A DNA stretch of 64,000 bases from Dethiobacter sp. (GCA_003605065.1 QZJM01000020.1:19562-83561); one strand, 5' to 3'. Shown: positions 52,603 to 61,911, counted from the stretch's first letter. A program made the numbers and translations. The notes: generated by a model from the letters alone, not told the origin.

Positions 52603-52665
52603 TCCCTTTTCCAGTACGTAAGCAGGTGAAATAGCCTGAAGACGGCAAGCCCTTGTACATAAATA

Positions 52666-52697
52666 CTCCCGGTTTTTTAGACCGGGAGTTTTTTTTT
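52666..52697 (+). terminator. rho-independent terminator (CTCCCGGT / ACCGGGAG stem followed by T9)
   Basis: Perfect 8-bp stem, 7-nt loop and nine Ts. Confidence 0.8.
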
Positions 52698-52803
52698 AAA
52701 ATAATCTGCCTGTCAGCATAAAAAGTAATTTTTTGAAATACTTATTCCTAAGAGGGAGAGTGTCCAGGCCTTACCTTTATGCCAATGGAGGGTGAAGCTA
52801 TCC

Positions 52804-53799
52804 GTGCGTGATGCTGCTTATAATATTAAAAAACAGATAGGCCATTTCCTGGCTCCTAAAGTCCGCTTGATTATAGAAAATTTGCCAGATGAGCTTTTGG
52901 AAAAAACAGAAGAAATACGCTTAAGACATTCCAGGCCCCTTATCATCTTCTGGGCCGGAGGAGAATCCTACCTCAGTGAAAAAGGTCCCGTTCCCACACC
53001 CAGGGAGGCTTATCTCACCGACGGAGAAGATCTGGAAAAAACGCTGGATTTGCTCAGCAACTATTCCCTTTATGCTTATGAGGAAGAACTGAGGCAGGGA
53101 TATCTGACTATTCCCGGCGGGCACCGCGTAGGGCTGGCGGGAAGAGCGGTGCTTGAGGGAGGCAGGATCAAGGTTTTGCGGGATATAAGTTCTTTAAATT
53201 TTCGCGTGGCGCGCCAGGTTAAAGGAGTGGGTGAAAAAGTACTGGCTTTTATCTTTGACAGGCGAATGGGACGTATCATGCATTCCCTTATTATTTCTCC
53301 TCCCCAGGGGGGGAAGACAACTCTGCTTCGGGACCTGGCCCGGCTGATCAGTGAGGGCACCGGCATTCTGGGCCAGGCAGGGAAAAAAGTGGGCATTGTT
53401 GACGAACGTTCCGAAATAGCGGGCTGTTACCAGGGAATTCCCCAGCTCGATGTGGGGTTCAGGACAGATGTGCTGGATGCCTGTCCTAAGGCGGAGGGAG
53501 TGATGCTTATGCTGCGCTCTCTTTCCCCGCAGGTGATCATTACGGATGAAATCGGACGGGGGGAAGATGTAAATGCCATTGAAGAGGCTATCCATGCCGG
53601 TGTATCTGTAATAGCCTCGGCTCACGGTTCCAGCCTGGAAGAAATCTGCCAGAGACCAATCCTGGGCGGGCTGCTGTTAAAAAATTATTTTGAAAGGCTG
53701 ATTTTTCTAAGCAACAGCAGAGGGCCGGGGACGCTGGAGATGATCATCGAGGGGGAGCGGGGATTACCCCTTTATTCTTCACGTCAAGGAGGAGAGTAA
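52804..53799 (+). CDS. spoIIIAA: stage III sporulation protein AA (AAA+ ATPase)
   Basis: Walker A PPQGGKTTLLRD and the SpoIIIAA-typical N-terminus (EEIRLRHSRPL). GTG at 52804 with a GGAGGGTG RBS. The track ORF begins at 52792. Confidence 0.85.
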   Translation: MRDAAYNIKKQIGHFLAPKVRLIIENLPDELLEKTEEIRLRHSRPLIIFWAGGESYLSEKGPVPTPREAYLTDGEDLEKTLDLLSNYSLYAYEEELRQGYLTIPGGHRVGLAGRAVLEGGRIKVLRDISSLNFRVARQVKGVGEKVLAFIFDRRMGRIMHSLIISPPQGGKTTLLRDLARLISEGTGILGQAGKKVGIVDERSEIAGCYQGIPQLDVGFRTDVLDACPKAEGVMLMLRSLSPQVIITDEIGRGEDVNAIEEAIHAGVSVIASAHGSSLEEICQRPILGGLLLKNYFERLIFLSNSRGPGTLEMIIEGERGLPLYSSRQGGE

Positions 53800-54320
53800 T
53801 GTACCTGAAATTCTGGGGAGCCTCTTTGATCATTTTGGCCGCATATTTTTTTGGTCATAACATATCTTCCATGTACCGTAATCGTGTCTGCCAGCTGGAA
53901 GAGCTGCTGCTGGGGCTGGAGATGTTTCTTACGGAGATAACTTACGGCCTTACTCCTTTACCGCAGGCTTTTATAAATATTGGCAAAAAATTAAAAGACC
54001 CTGTGGGCAGGCTTTTTTCCGATACTGCCTGGATAATGCAAAAAAGCAGGGGACTGAGCGCCCGGGAGTGCTGGAAAAAGGCTTTAAAAAATAACTCCGG
54101 CGCCCTGGAATTTTTCGGGGGGGGGCTGGAGCTGCTGGATAGGCTGGGGTTTATCTGGGGTAAAGGTGATAAAAGCGGGCAGCTGAGGCAAATAGCTTTA
54201 ATGCAGGAATTATTAAGACAGGCCCACCGGGAGGCGCAACAAGATTATCAAAAAAACGAAAAAATGTGGAAATACCTGGGGTTGCTGGGCGGATTAACCC
54301 TGGTAATCTTTCTTATCTAA
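53799..54320 (+). CDS. spoIIIAB: stage III sporulation protein AB
   Basis: Position and size fit, with one N-terminal TM segment. ATG overlaps the spoIIIAA stop (TAATG). Confidence 0.75.
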   Translation: MYLKFWGASLIILAAYFFGHNISSMYRNRVCQLEELLLGLEMFLTEITYGLTPLPQAFINIGKKLKDPVGRLFSDTAWIMQKSRGLSARECWKKALKNNSGALEFFGGGLELLDRLGFIWGKGDKSGQLRQIALMQELLRQAHREAQQDYQKNEKMWKYLGLLGGLTLVIFLI

Positions 54321-54350
54321 ATATTTTTATCCGGGGAAAGGGGTAATAAA

Positions 54351-54554
54351 ATGAATGCCTTGAGAGTGGACCTCCTCTTTCAGATTGCCGGGATCGGGAT
54401 TTTTATTTCCGTCCTTAATATCGTTCTAAAACAGGCGGGAAAGGAAGAACAAGCTCAGATGCTCACACTGGTTGGAGTAGTAATTGTCCTGTTGCTGGTT
54501 TTGCAGCTGGTAGGAGACCTTTTTACTAACATGCGTGTTATTTTTAATTTCTGA
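54351..54554 (+). CDS. spoIIIAC: stage III sporulation protein AC
   Basis: 67-aa two-TM protein (IFQIAGIGIFISVLN...DLFTNM) similar to B. subtilis SpoIIIAC. Confidence 0.85.
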   Translation: MNALRVDLLFQIAGIGIFISVLNIVLKQAGKEEQAQMLTLVGVVIVLLLVLQLVGDLFTNMRVIFNF

Positions 54555-54580
54555 GCCTTTTAAGAGCAGGTGTTCTCTTT

Positions 54581-54967
54581 ATGGAAATAGCCCAGATTGT
54601 AGTTTTTGGGGTTATAGCTGCCATTTTCATCACCTTTATTCGCCAGAGCCGACCGGAGATAGCACAACTGCTTTCTCTGGCTGTTGGTATCGTTATTGTG
54701 GCTTACCTTCTCGGCTACCTCAAAATGATTATTGATGTTATTACTGATCTGGCCCTGGAGGCTGAGATAAATACTGTTTTCCTGAGGACTCTTTTACGGG
54801 TTATCGGAGTAGCTTACCTGGCTGAGTTCGGCGCCCAGATCTGCCGGGACGCCGGGGAGGGAAGCATTGCCGTGAAGATTGAATTTGCCGGAAAGCTTAT
54901 CATCCTGGTGATGGCCATACCTATTCTTATCGCCGTTCTGCAGGGCATTGTTAATTTTATACCTTAG
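54581..54967 (+). CDS. spoIIIAD: stage III sporulation protein AD
   Basis: MEIAQIVVFGVIAA...IGVAYLAEFGAQICRDAGEGSIAVKIEFAGKLIIL aligns closely to B. subtilis SpoIIIAD. Confidence 0.9.
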   Translation: MEIAQIVVFGVIAAIFITFIRQSRPEIAQLLSLAVGIVIVAYLLGYLKMIIDVITDLALEAEINTVFLRTLLRVIGVAYLAEFGAQICRDAGEGSIAVKIEFAGKLIILVMAIPILIAVLQGIVNFIP

Positions 54968-55005
54968 TATGGCGGAAAAGCACTAAATTGAGGTGGCAGG
55001 TAGTA

Positions 55006-56217
55006 GTGTTAAAAAGGCTTTTGCTGTCAAGAATCGGCGTTTTACTTCTGCTGGTACTGTTGTTTTCGGGGATACCCTTTCTTCCGGCTGCCGCGGAGGA
55101 AGAAGCCCGAACGCAGGTGCTTAAGCCCGGAGAAAATGCCGGTGAAGAGATCTCTTCCCTGGAGGGGTGGGAACAGGTGGAAAAGTACTGGCGTGAACTG
55201 GAAGCAGAAGTGGGGGAATTTTTGCCTTCCTGGAATATAAGAGATATCTGGAAAAAAGATGAGGGTGGAATAGTTCCCGGAGTTGGCGAAATATTAAGGG
55301 GACTGTGCCGGTATCTTTTTATGGAAATTGTGGCCAATCTTGGACTGCTGGGCCAGTTAATTCTCCTGGCAGTGGCTGCTGCTTTATTAAAAAGCCTGCA
55401 GGGGGCTTTTGGCAGTGAGGAGGTAGCCAGGATAACGGAAGCCGTCGCTTTTTTTGTTCTGCTGGGGCTGGCCTTAAAAAGTTTTACCGTTGCCCTGGAC
55501 ATAGGCAGGAGCGCGGTAGACAGTATGGTCAATTTTATGATGGCCCTTCTTCCCGTATTATTTACTTTACTGGCATCTTTGGGTCATATTACTTCTGCCA
55601 CCCTGTTTCATCCCTTTATCATTTTTTCTGTTAATATTATGGCTTCGTTGGTACGTAATGTTTTGTTCCCTCTTATTTTTTTCGCTACCATTCTCTACCT
55701 GGTAAATCATTTTTCACCGCATTTTAAGATTAACCGGTTAGCAGATCTTTTCAGGGACATCAGCATCTGGGCACTGGGTTTGATGCTAACTCTCTTTGTA
55801 GGCCTTACGGCACTTCAAGGAGTTGCCGGGGGGATAGGGGATGCGCTCTCTTTAAGGACGGCCAAATTTATGACCGGAGTCTTTATTCCCGTAGTGGGGA
55901 AAATGCTGGCCGATGCCGTGGAAACGGTCCTGGGGTATTCCCTGCTTTTGAAAAACAGCGCGACTGTTGCCGGGCTGGCAATGCTTTCTTTAATGATCGC
56001 CTTTCCCCTGCTTAAACTCCTTTCACTGATCATAATTTATAAATTTTCCGGTGCTCTGATCCAGCCCCTGGGGGAAACAACCCTGGGAGAGGCCCTGCAT
56101 ACCATGAGCAATTGTCTGATTATGGTTTTTGCTGCGGTGGCAACGGTAGCGCTGGCCTTTTTTATTGGTATTGCCATTATTGTAGGTGCCAGCAATGCTA
56201 CCATTATGCTGCGCTAA
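55006..56217 (+). CDS. spoIIIAE: stage III sporulation protein AE
   Basis: Signal peptide plus 7 TM segments of SpoIIIAE-like size. GTG at 55006 with a GAGGTGG RBS. The track ORF begins at TTG 54988. Confidence 0.8.
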   Translation: MLKRLLLSRIGVLLLLVLLFSGIPFLPAAAEEEARTQVLKPGENAGEEISSLEGWEQVEKYWRELEAEVGEFLPSWNIRDIWKKDEGGIVPGVGEILRGLCRYLFMEIVANLGLLGQLILLAVAAALLKSLQGAFGSEEVARITEAVAFFVLLGLALKSFTVALDIGRSAVDSMVNFMMALLPVLFTLLASLGHITSATLFHPFIIFSVNIMASLVRNVLFPLIFFATILYLVNHFSPHFKINRLADLFRDISIWALGLMLTLFVGLTALQGVAGGIGDALSLRTAKFMTGVFIPVVGKMLADAVETVLGYSLLLKNSATVAGLAMLSLMIAFPLLKLLSLIIIYKFSGALIQPLGETTLGEALHTMSNCLIMVFAAVATVALAFFIGIAIIVGASNATIMLR

Positions 56218-56235
56218 AAATGTCCTTCTTAAAAG

Positions 56236-56907
56236 GTGAGCGAGATGATTGAAGCAACCGGAAACCTTATTCGTTATATTGTTATTCTACTTTTTTTAAG
56301 CACCCTTTTGGAGATGATTTTGCCCCAGGGAGTTTTTCGCCGTTATTTGCGTATGATCGTGGGAATTTTATTGATCTTCACCCTGCTTACACCATTGCAA
56401 AAGATTATGCGCATGGCCCCGTACTGGGAGATGCCGGCCCTGTCAGGAGGCGTGCAGAATGATAAAGAGCTAAGCGCCATACTTCAGCAGGGAGGAGAAA
56501 TGTACAGGGAAAATATAAACATTGCCCTGGAAGATTACCGCTACAAGATATTTTCATTGCTGGAGAATGAGTTCGACAGGAAATTCGGGCAAAAACTGCT
56601 TCACCTGGAAGTATCAATGGAGGAGAATCCTGAAAGCAGGGAATTCGGTTCTCTAAAGGGCATTTATGCCGTAGTCCGGGAGAAAGGAACTGTTGATACC
56701 GGAAAAAGCGGGGGAAAGGTGGAAGAGGTCAGGATTACCGTGAATTTAACGGGTAAAAACGGGAGCACTTCCCGGGGGGGCGTTCTGGAAGAAAAGGAGT
56801 TCATGCCTGACGATATTTACTTGGATAAAGCTCTGGATATGCACAGGTATATCGCTGCTTATTTCCAACTTCCTTCTGAAAAAGTTGAAGTAAAAATTTT
56901 GCCTTGA
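56236..56907 (+). CDS. spoIIIAF: stage III sporulation protein AF
   Basis: Two N-terminal TM segments plus a soluble domain. Position fits. Confidence 0.75.
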   Translation: MSEMIEATGNLIRYIVILLFLSTLLEMILPQGVFRRYLRMIVGILLIFTLLTPLQKIMRMAPYWEMPALSGGVQNDKELSAILQQGGEMYRENINIALEDYRYKIFSLLENEFDRKFGQKLLHLEVSMEENPESREFGSLKGIYAVVREKGTVDTGKSGGKVEEVRITVNLTGKNGSTSRGGVLEEKEFMPDDIYLDKALDMHRYIAAYFQLPSEKVEVKILP

Positions 56908-56919
56908 GGAGTGAAAAAA

Positions 56920-57552
56920 GTGTCTGACAGGAAAGAAAAAAATAATCTCCTTGATTATCTAAAAATTTTTTGGAAGGAGGGGCAGGTAGGCGGCAGGAAG
57001 AAAAATTATTTTTTGTTATCATTACTGCTTTTGGGAATAATATTAATGTTTACCAGCTCTTTTTTTGCACCGCAAAAAAAGTTGCCTTCGTACAGCTCTA
57101 TTCCCGCTGATAAGGTGCAGGAGTCGCCGGTTTCCGGGGATACTTATGAAAAAGATTTGCTGAGATCGCTGCAGCAGGTTCTGGAGAATATAGATGGAAT
57201 CAGCCAGGTTCACGTTTTTATCAGTTATGACAGCGGCAAGGAATCATTTTATGCCAGGGTTAACGAGGAAAGCAACCGCCAGACGACAGAGCGTGATCGT
57301 GAAGGGGGAACGCGGGAAATCTTTGAGACTAACAGCAAAGAGGATTATGTTTTGCTGCGGGAGGCGGGAGGAGGAGAAAAGCCTCTTCTGCTCAGTGAGA
57401 ACATGCCCAGGGTCAGCGGGATCCTGGTTGTGGCCAGGGGCGTAGAAAACAGTCTCCTGCGCCTGAAGGTAGTACGCGCCATCCAGAGCGTGCTGAAGTT
57501 GCCTGTTCACAGAATAGCCGTTCTACCCCTTGGAGACAACAAGAACAGGTGA
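56920..57552 (+). CDS. spoIIIAG: stage III sporulation protein AG
   Basis: N-terminal TM segment and a C-terminal SpoIIIAG/YscJ-like ring domain. GTG at 56920 with a GAGGAG RBS. Confidence 0.75.
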   Translation: MSDRKEKNNLLDYLKIFWKEGQVGGRKKNYFLLSLLLLGIILMFTSSFFAPQKKLPSYSSIPADKVQESPVSGDTYEKDLLRSLQQVLENIDGISQVHVFISYDSGKESFYARVNEESNRQTTERDREGGTREIFETNSKEDYVLLREAGGGEKPLLLSENMPRVSGILVVARGVENSLLRLKVVRAIQSVLKLPVHRIAVLPLGDNKNR

Positions 57553-57573
57553 AAGGGGGTGATTTAAAAGGTA

Positions 57574-58104
57574 ATGAACAGGAAAACAGTGTGGTTTCTC
57601 AGTATATTTTTAGTGGCAGTCGTTACTTATTTTTTTGTAGGCGGTCTGGAAAAAGAGATGAGCCGGATTGAAATAGCCCCGGACGAAGAGATATTCCGGC
57701 CCATCCTTTCCGGAGATTTATCCGATGATCCTGCCAAATGGCAATTTGACGATGCTCATGCTTTTTTTGTAGAGTATCGCCTGGAAAGGGATCGGGTCCG
57801 GGGGCAGGAAGTGGAGATGCTCAACGAAATGATCAATAATCCCCAGGTGGGGGCAGAAGCGCGGAATGAGGCAGAGAAGCAGCTTTTAAATTTAGTTGAT
57901 CTTATGGAAAAAGAACTGATCATCGAGAACATGTTAAAAGCGCAGGGGTATAATGATGCCCTGTTATTTGCCCGCAAAGGGGTGGCCACGGTAATGATCC
58001 ATGCAGAGCAGCTGAGTGAGGGGGATTTTATAAGGATAACCGAGATGGTATCTGCCATTTCAGGGGTTTCCAGGGAGCAGGTCCAGATAATCCAGCACAA
58101 ATAA
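57574..58104 (+). CDS. spoIIIAH: stage III sporulation protein AH
   Basis: MNRKTVWFLSIFLVAVVTYFFV N-terminus with a TM anchor and a C-terminal YscJ/FliF-like domain. Confidence 0.8.
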   Translation: MNRKTVWFLSIFLVAVVTYFFVGGLEKEMSRIEIAPDEEIFRPILSGDLSDDPAKWQFDDAHAFFVEYRLERDRVRGQEVEMLNEMINNPQVGAEARNEAEKQLLNLVDLMEKELIIENMLKAQGYNDALLFARKGVATVMIHAEQLSEGDFIRITEMVSAISGVSREQVQIIQHK

Positions 58105-58230
58105 AATTGAAATTTTTATTAAAAAATAAATTGTTGGGAATAAAAAAATTGAAACAGCACAGCAAAATCTGATATAATTGGATTATGTTATAAAGTATGT
58201 TAATTTTATTATACATAAGGAGGAAAAGGT

Positions 58231-58617
58231 ATGGGTGAAGGACGTAACCTTCCTTCGGAACTGGGTGTGGTTCGTATTGCTGACGAGGTTGTTTCCATTA
58301 TTTCCGGCCTGGCAGCTACGGAGGTTGACGGTGTGGCCAGCATGAGTGGAGGTATCGCCGGGGGTATTGCCGAGGCTCTGGGACGTAAAAACTTATCCAA
58401 GGGAGTAAAAGTGGAAGTAGGTGAAGAAGAGGCCGCCGTGGATTTATACTTAATAGTTCGCTATGGTTCGCGCATACCCGATGTGGCCTGGGCGGTCCAG
58501 GAGAATGTAAAAAAAGCCATTGAGAATATGACCGGCTTAAATGTTGTGCGGGTGAATGTTCATGTGCAGGGAGTCAGTTTCCCGCAGCAAAAAACAGAAG
58601 AAGAAGGAATTAAATAG
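58231..58617 (+). CDS. Asp23/Gls24-family alkaline shock protein (YqhY-like)
   Basis: GVVRIADEVVSIISGLAATEVDGVASMSGG matches the Asp23 family. AAGGAGG RBS. Confidence 0.85.
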   Translation: MGEGRNLPSELGVVRIADEVVSIISGLAATEVDGVASMSGGIAGGIAEALGRKNLSKGVKVEVGEEEAAVDLYLIVRYGSRIPDVAWAVQENVKKAIENMTGLNVVRVNVHVQGVSFPQQKTEEEGIK

Positions 58618-58623
58618 CAATGC

Positions 58624-58887
58624 TTAAGCTAACCTTCTGATTCGGGGACATTCCCCGACACCTCTTAGGTAAGGGGACACACCTCTTTAGGTAAGGGGAC
58701 ACACAGAGGAATGTCCCCATGGAATGTCCCCATGGAATGTCCCCATACACCTTAAGGGGACATTCCCCGATGCTTTAACAGGGATGTGTCCCCATACACC
58801 TTAAGGGGACATTCCCCGACGCTTTAACAGGGGTGTGTCCCCATACCTTATAACAGGGGTGTGTCCCCATACCTTAAAGGTTAGCTT
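58624..58887. repeat. complex mosaic repeat element built from GGGGACA/TGTCCCC heptamers in both orientations, with sub-repeats (3 x 13 bp, 2 x 24 bp, 2 x 49 bp, 2 x 28 bp), bounded by 11-bp perfect inverted repeats AAGCTAACCTT (58626-58636) and AAGGTTAGCTT (58877-58887)
   Basis: Seen directly in the sequence. It lies in the asp23-amaP intergenic region. Confidence 0.85.
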
Positions 58888-58915
58888 TGCTTTATTTGAA
58901 AGGAGATTAGTTTCT

Positions 58916-59455
58916 ATGGGAACGGGAAAACGTATCATACTGGTTGTCCTCGGATTACTTGCCCTCTTAGGCGGTCTGGTTTTAATATTTGCCACACTGG
59001 GAGTTCTCGACGGAACGGCTCTTTATAACTTGTTTCGATATACCGGAGATTTGCGTTATACCGCTCTGGGCTTCCTGATCCTGCTCGCAGGAGTTATCTT
59101 GCTGGCCTTCTCCACGCAGGGCGGGAAAAAGAAAGAGGGCGGTACTATTGTCAGCTTTACGGAAATCGGGGAGATTCGCATTTCTTTTAAGGCAATCGAA
59201 AATATGGTTTTGACTGCCTCCCGTAAAATTAAAGGTATCAGGGAAGTAAACACGCGTATTGATTTTATTGAACAGGGGCTGGTTATCTACATGCGTATAA
59301 AAGTTATTCCTGATGTGGCCATTCCCGGTCTGGTTAGTGAACTGCAGGGAAAGGTTCGGGAATATGTTCAAGAGATCAGCGGGGCAAGTGTGGCCGAGAT
59401 AAAAGTCCTGGTAGAAAATATTGCCCAGGAAAAAATAGAAAAGAATGTTCGTTAA
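58916..59455 (+). CDS. amaP: alkaline shock response membrane anchor protein AmaP
   Basis: MGTGKRIILVVLGLLALLGGLVLIF plus a second TM segment. It is a conserved partner of Asp23. AAAGGAGA RBS. The track ORF begins at 58835 inside the repeat element. Confidence 0.75.
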   Translation: MGTGKRIILVVLGLLALLGGLVLIFATLGVLDGTALYNLFRYTGDLRYTALGFLILLAGVILLAFSTQGGKKKEGGTIVSFTEIGEIRISFKAIENMVLTASRKIKGIREVNTRIDFIEQGLVIYMRIKVIPDVAIPGLVSELQGKVREYVQEISGASVAEIKVLVENIAQEKIEKNVR

Positions 59456-59469
59456 GGGTGTGAAGAGCA

Positions 59470-59694
59470 ATGGATGATCATATTTTAAAATTTTTAAATG
59501 AAAATTTCGGTAAAATTGTGGGCGGTTTTCTGGGGCTGCTTATAGCGCTGATTATTGTTATCTTTGGCTTTTGGAAAGGTATATTTATAATTTTTTGTAT
59601 CCTGGTGGGAATTTTTATTGGTGCCAAAGTAGAAAAGCACGAAGGTCTGCGTAATTTTCTAGACAGGTTCCGGTTTTCGCGGGAGCGTTTTTAA
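59470..59694 (+). CDS. DUF2273 small integral membrane protein
   Basis: 74 aa with two TM segments (GFLGLLIALIIVIFGFWKGIFIIFCILVGIFIGA). Commonly found with asp23 and amaP. Confidence 0.7.
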   Translation: MDDHILKFLNENFGKIVGGFLGLLIALIIVIFGFWKGIFIIFCILVGIFIGAKVEKHEGLRNFLDRFRFSRERF

Positions 59695-59756
59695 CCTTTT
59701 TAAAAACCACCTGCAAAGGGGTTTTTTACTTTTTACGGGGAAGGAGTAAGGCAAAT

Positions 59757-60155
59757 TTGAAAAGAAGGTTGTCCAGGGAATGTGCTTTTAAGGCTCTTTT
59801 TATGATTGATCTAGGCAATAACAACCAGGAAGGCGCCTTAAATTATGTTTTAAGAGATGCCGGCCTTTCTGAGAAGGAGCAGTTGTATTGTGTTAACCTG
59901 GTAAAAGGGGTCTTGGGCAAAAAGAAGGAGCTTGATGAAATCCTGTCAGGCTACCTCGTTAACTGGCAATTTGACCGCCTGGCGGTAACGATACGCAATA
60001 TACTGCGACTGGCACTTTATGAAATGCTCTATCACGATGATGTTCCCCCCCCTGTTTCCATTAACGAAGCCATAGAAATGGCCAAGGTATACCAGGATAG
60101 TGAGGCATCGCGTTTTGTTAACGGTATTTTGGACAAGATCAGGAAAAGCACTTAA
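59757..60155 (+). CDS. nusB: transcription antitermination factor NusB
   Basis: MKRRLSRECAFKALFMIDL... aligns across the full length of NusB. TTG start with a GGAAGGAG RBS. Confidence 0.9.
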   Translation: MKRRLSRECAFKALFMIDLGNNNQEGALNYVLRDAGLSEKEQLYCVNLVKGVLGKKKELDEILSGYLVNWQFDRLAVTIRNILRLALYEMLYHDDVPPPVSINEAIEMAKVYQDSEASRFVNGILDKIRKST

Positions 60156-60173
60156 AAAAGGTGGTTAAAAATC

Positions 60174-61121
60174 ATGTTTTTCCTGGGGATGGATACCTCT
60201 AATTACGTAACCTCCATGGCTGTCATCCAGGCAGGCCCGGAGGATTTTTTTCGCCTGCACTGGGAAAAAAGGATTAGCCTGGAAGTAATTAGAGGCGGAA
60301 AGGGATTAAGACAGGGCGAGGCCGTTTTCCAGCATTTAAGGAACATGCCCCTGTTGTGGGAAGAAGCGGCTGAGCACCTGCCTGCAGAGAAACTGAAGGG
60401 TATAGCTGCTTCCATAAGACCCCGGCCCGTTGAAGGTTCATACATGCCCGTGTTTCAGGTAGGGAAGAGCTTTGGCGGGAGCGCTGCTGCTCTCCTGGGA
60501 ATCCCTTTTTATGCCTGCAGCCACCAGGAAGGTCATATTGCCGCGGGAGTGTGGTCAGCGCGGTGTTTTGCCAGGGATTTTCTGGCTTTACATCTTTCGG
60601 GAGGCACTACGGAACTTTTACAGGTTAACAGGGTTTCCCGGGGAGAATTTCAGATAAGGCTTCTGGGGGGAACAACTGATTTGAATGCCGGCCAGTTTGT
60701 GGATCGTATTGGTGTAAAACTGGGTTTTTCTTTTCCCGCCGGAAGAGAGCTGGAACAGCTTGCGGCCCGGAGTAAAGAAGGAGGGCTAAAAGTTCCTGTT
60801 TTCGTGAAGGGCTATGATACCAGTTTTTCCGGTCCCGCCACCTTCGCAGAGAGGGCTATTGATGAAGGTGCTCCGGCAGCAGAGGTTGCCAGGGGAGTAG
60901 AGGTATGCCTGGCCCGTTCTTTACTGGAAATAGTCCGTAAGGCTGCCAGGGACAAGGAATTGAAAAGTGTGCTGGTAGTTGGAGGCATTGCAGCAAATGC
61001 TTTTATCAGAAAAAACCTTGTGGAAGGTTTGCCGCTGGTTAAGTTTTTCTTTCCGGAACCGGCTTTTGCTGGTGACAACGCTGTGGGGGCAGCGCTCCTG
61101 GCCGGATATAACATGGCATGA
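60174..61121 (+). CDS. divergent TsaD/Kae1/YgjD-family (ASKHA) protein
   Basis: GMDTSNYVTSMAVI, the HxEGH metal-binding motif (SHQEGHIAAG), LSGGTTEL and C-terminal VVGGIAANAFIR...GDNAVGAALLAGY. It is shorter (315 aa) than canonical TsaD and diverges from it. Confidence 0.6.
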   Translation: MFFLGMDTSNYVTSMAVIQAGPEDFFRLHWEKRISLEVIRGGKGLRQGEAVFQHLRNMPLLWEEAAEHLPAEKLKGIAASIRPRPVEGSYMPVFQVGKSFGGSAAALLGIPFYACSHQEGHIAAGVWSARCFARDFLALHLSGGTTELLQVNRVSRGEFQIRLLGGTTDLNAGQFVDRIGVKLGFSFPAGRELEQLAARSKEGGLKVPVFVKGYDTSFSGPATFAERAIDEGAPAAEVARGVEVCLARSLLEIVRKAARDKELKSVLVVGGIAANAFIRKNLVEGLPLVKFFFPEPAFAGDNAVGAALLAGYNMA

Positions 61122-61304
61122 CAGCTTTAGCTTTTGCCGCCTTAGTATTTAAGGAATATTGCGAATATATGAGGCGGAAAGGAAAATTTCGTTAAGATAG
61201 CGAAATTATTAGCGTAAAATTCCAAGGAAATTTATTTTTAATTTCTACTTTGGACAGGCAAAAAAGAGTAATAATCTGTTGAATTAAAAAGGATTCTAAT
61301 TCAC

Positions 61305-61322
61305 TTGTGGCGAATATCACAA
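61305..61322 (+). promoter_or_regulatory. candidate Rex (NADH/NAD+ redox-sensing repressor) operator TTGTGgcgaatatCACAA
   Basis: Both half-sites of the TTGTGAAnnnnnnTTCACAA consensus are perfect. It lies 54 nt upstream of the NuoE-like gene. Confidence 0.45.
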
Positions 61323-61375
61323 GGTGGTTTAGGCTTGGTATTATTTGAAACCTTCTAAAAAGGAGTTGTTGTTTT

Positions 61376-61885
61376 ATGGCCAAAAGCGGAACTCTGGAGG
61401 TGGGTGCAATCCCTTATGATGTGTTCGACACGGTTATTGCCAAGTATAACGGGGATCCCACAGCAATTATCTCTATTCTCCAGGACATTCAAGAACATTT
61501 AGATTATGTTCCCAAGGATGGCATCTCTTATCTTGCGGAAAAGCTTGGTGTCTCTCCGGCAAAAATTTATGGTATAGTAACGTTTTATGCCCAGTTCAGG
61601 CTGCAGCCCAAGGGCAAATACATTATTATGCTTTGCGAAGGTACTGCCTGCCATGTTAACGGTGCTAAAATGGTGGGTAAGGCTATTGAGGAAGAGTTGA
61701 ATATTAAAGGCGGAGAAACAACAGGCGATGGCAATTTTACCCTGGAAAAGGTTGCCTGTATAGGCTGCTGCAGCCTTTCTCCAGTAATGGTCATTAATGA
61801 GGAAACTTATGCTAAGTTAACACCTGAAAGTACTCGTAAAATATTGAAGGAATACCAGGAACGGGAAGCAGCTGCCCAAAATTAA
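61376..61885 (+). CDS. NuoE/HndA-like [2Fe-2S] thioredoxin-fold subunit of an NADH-dependent hydrogenase or formate dehydrogenase
   Basis: CEGTACHVNG...CIGCCSLSPVMVINE cysteine motif. AAAGGAG RBS. Confidence 0.85.
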   Translation: MAKSGTLEVGAIPYDVFDTVIAKYNGDPTAIISILQDIQEHLDYVPKDGISYLAEKLGVSPAKIYGIVTFYAQFRLQPKGKYIIMLCEGTACHVNGAKMVGKAIEEELNIKGGETTGDGNFTLEKVACIGCCSLSPVMVINEETYAKLTPESTRKILKEYQEREAAAQN

Positions 61886-61911
61886 GGTGAGGGAACGAGG
61901 AGGTGCCTGTA

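Noticed and set aside
54535-54735. 66-aa + ORF bridging spoIIIAC and spoIIIAD.
   Set aside because: It overlaps two well-conserved genes in another frame. It is spurious.
58640-58880. Possible CRISPR array in the GGGGACA repeat block.
   Set aside because: The repeats are heterogeneous in length and orientation, with no regular repeat-spacer periodicity. It is better described as a mosaic palindromic or MITE-like element.
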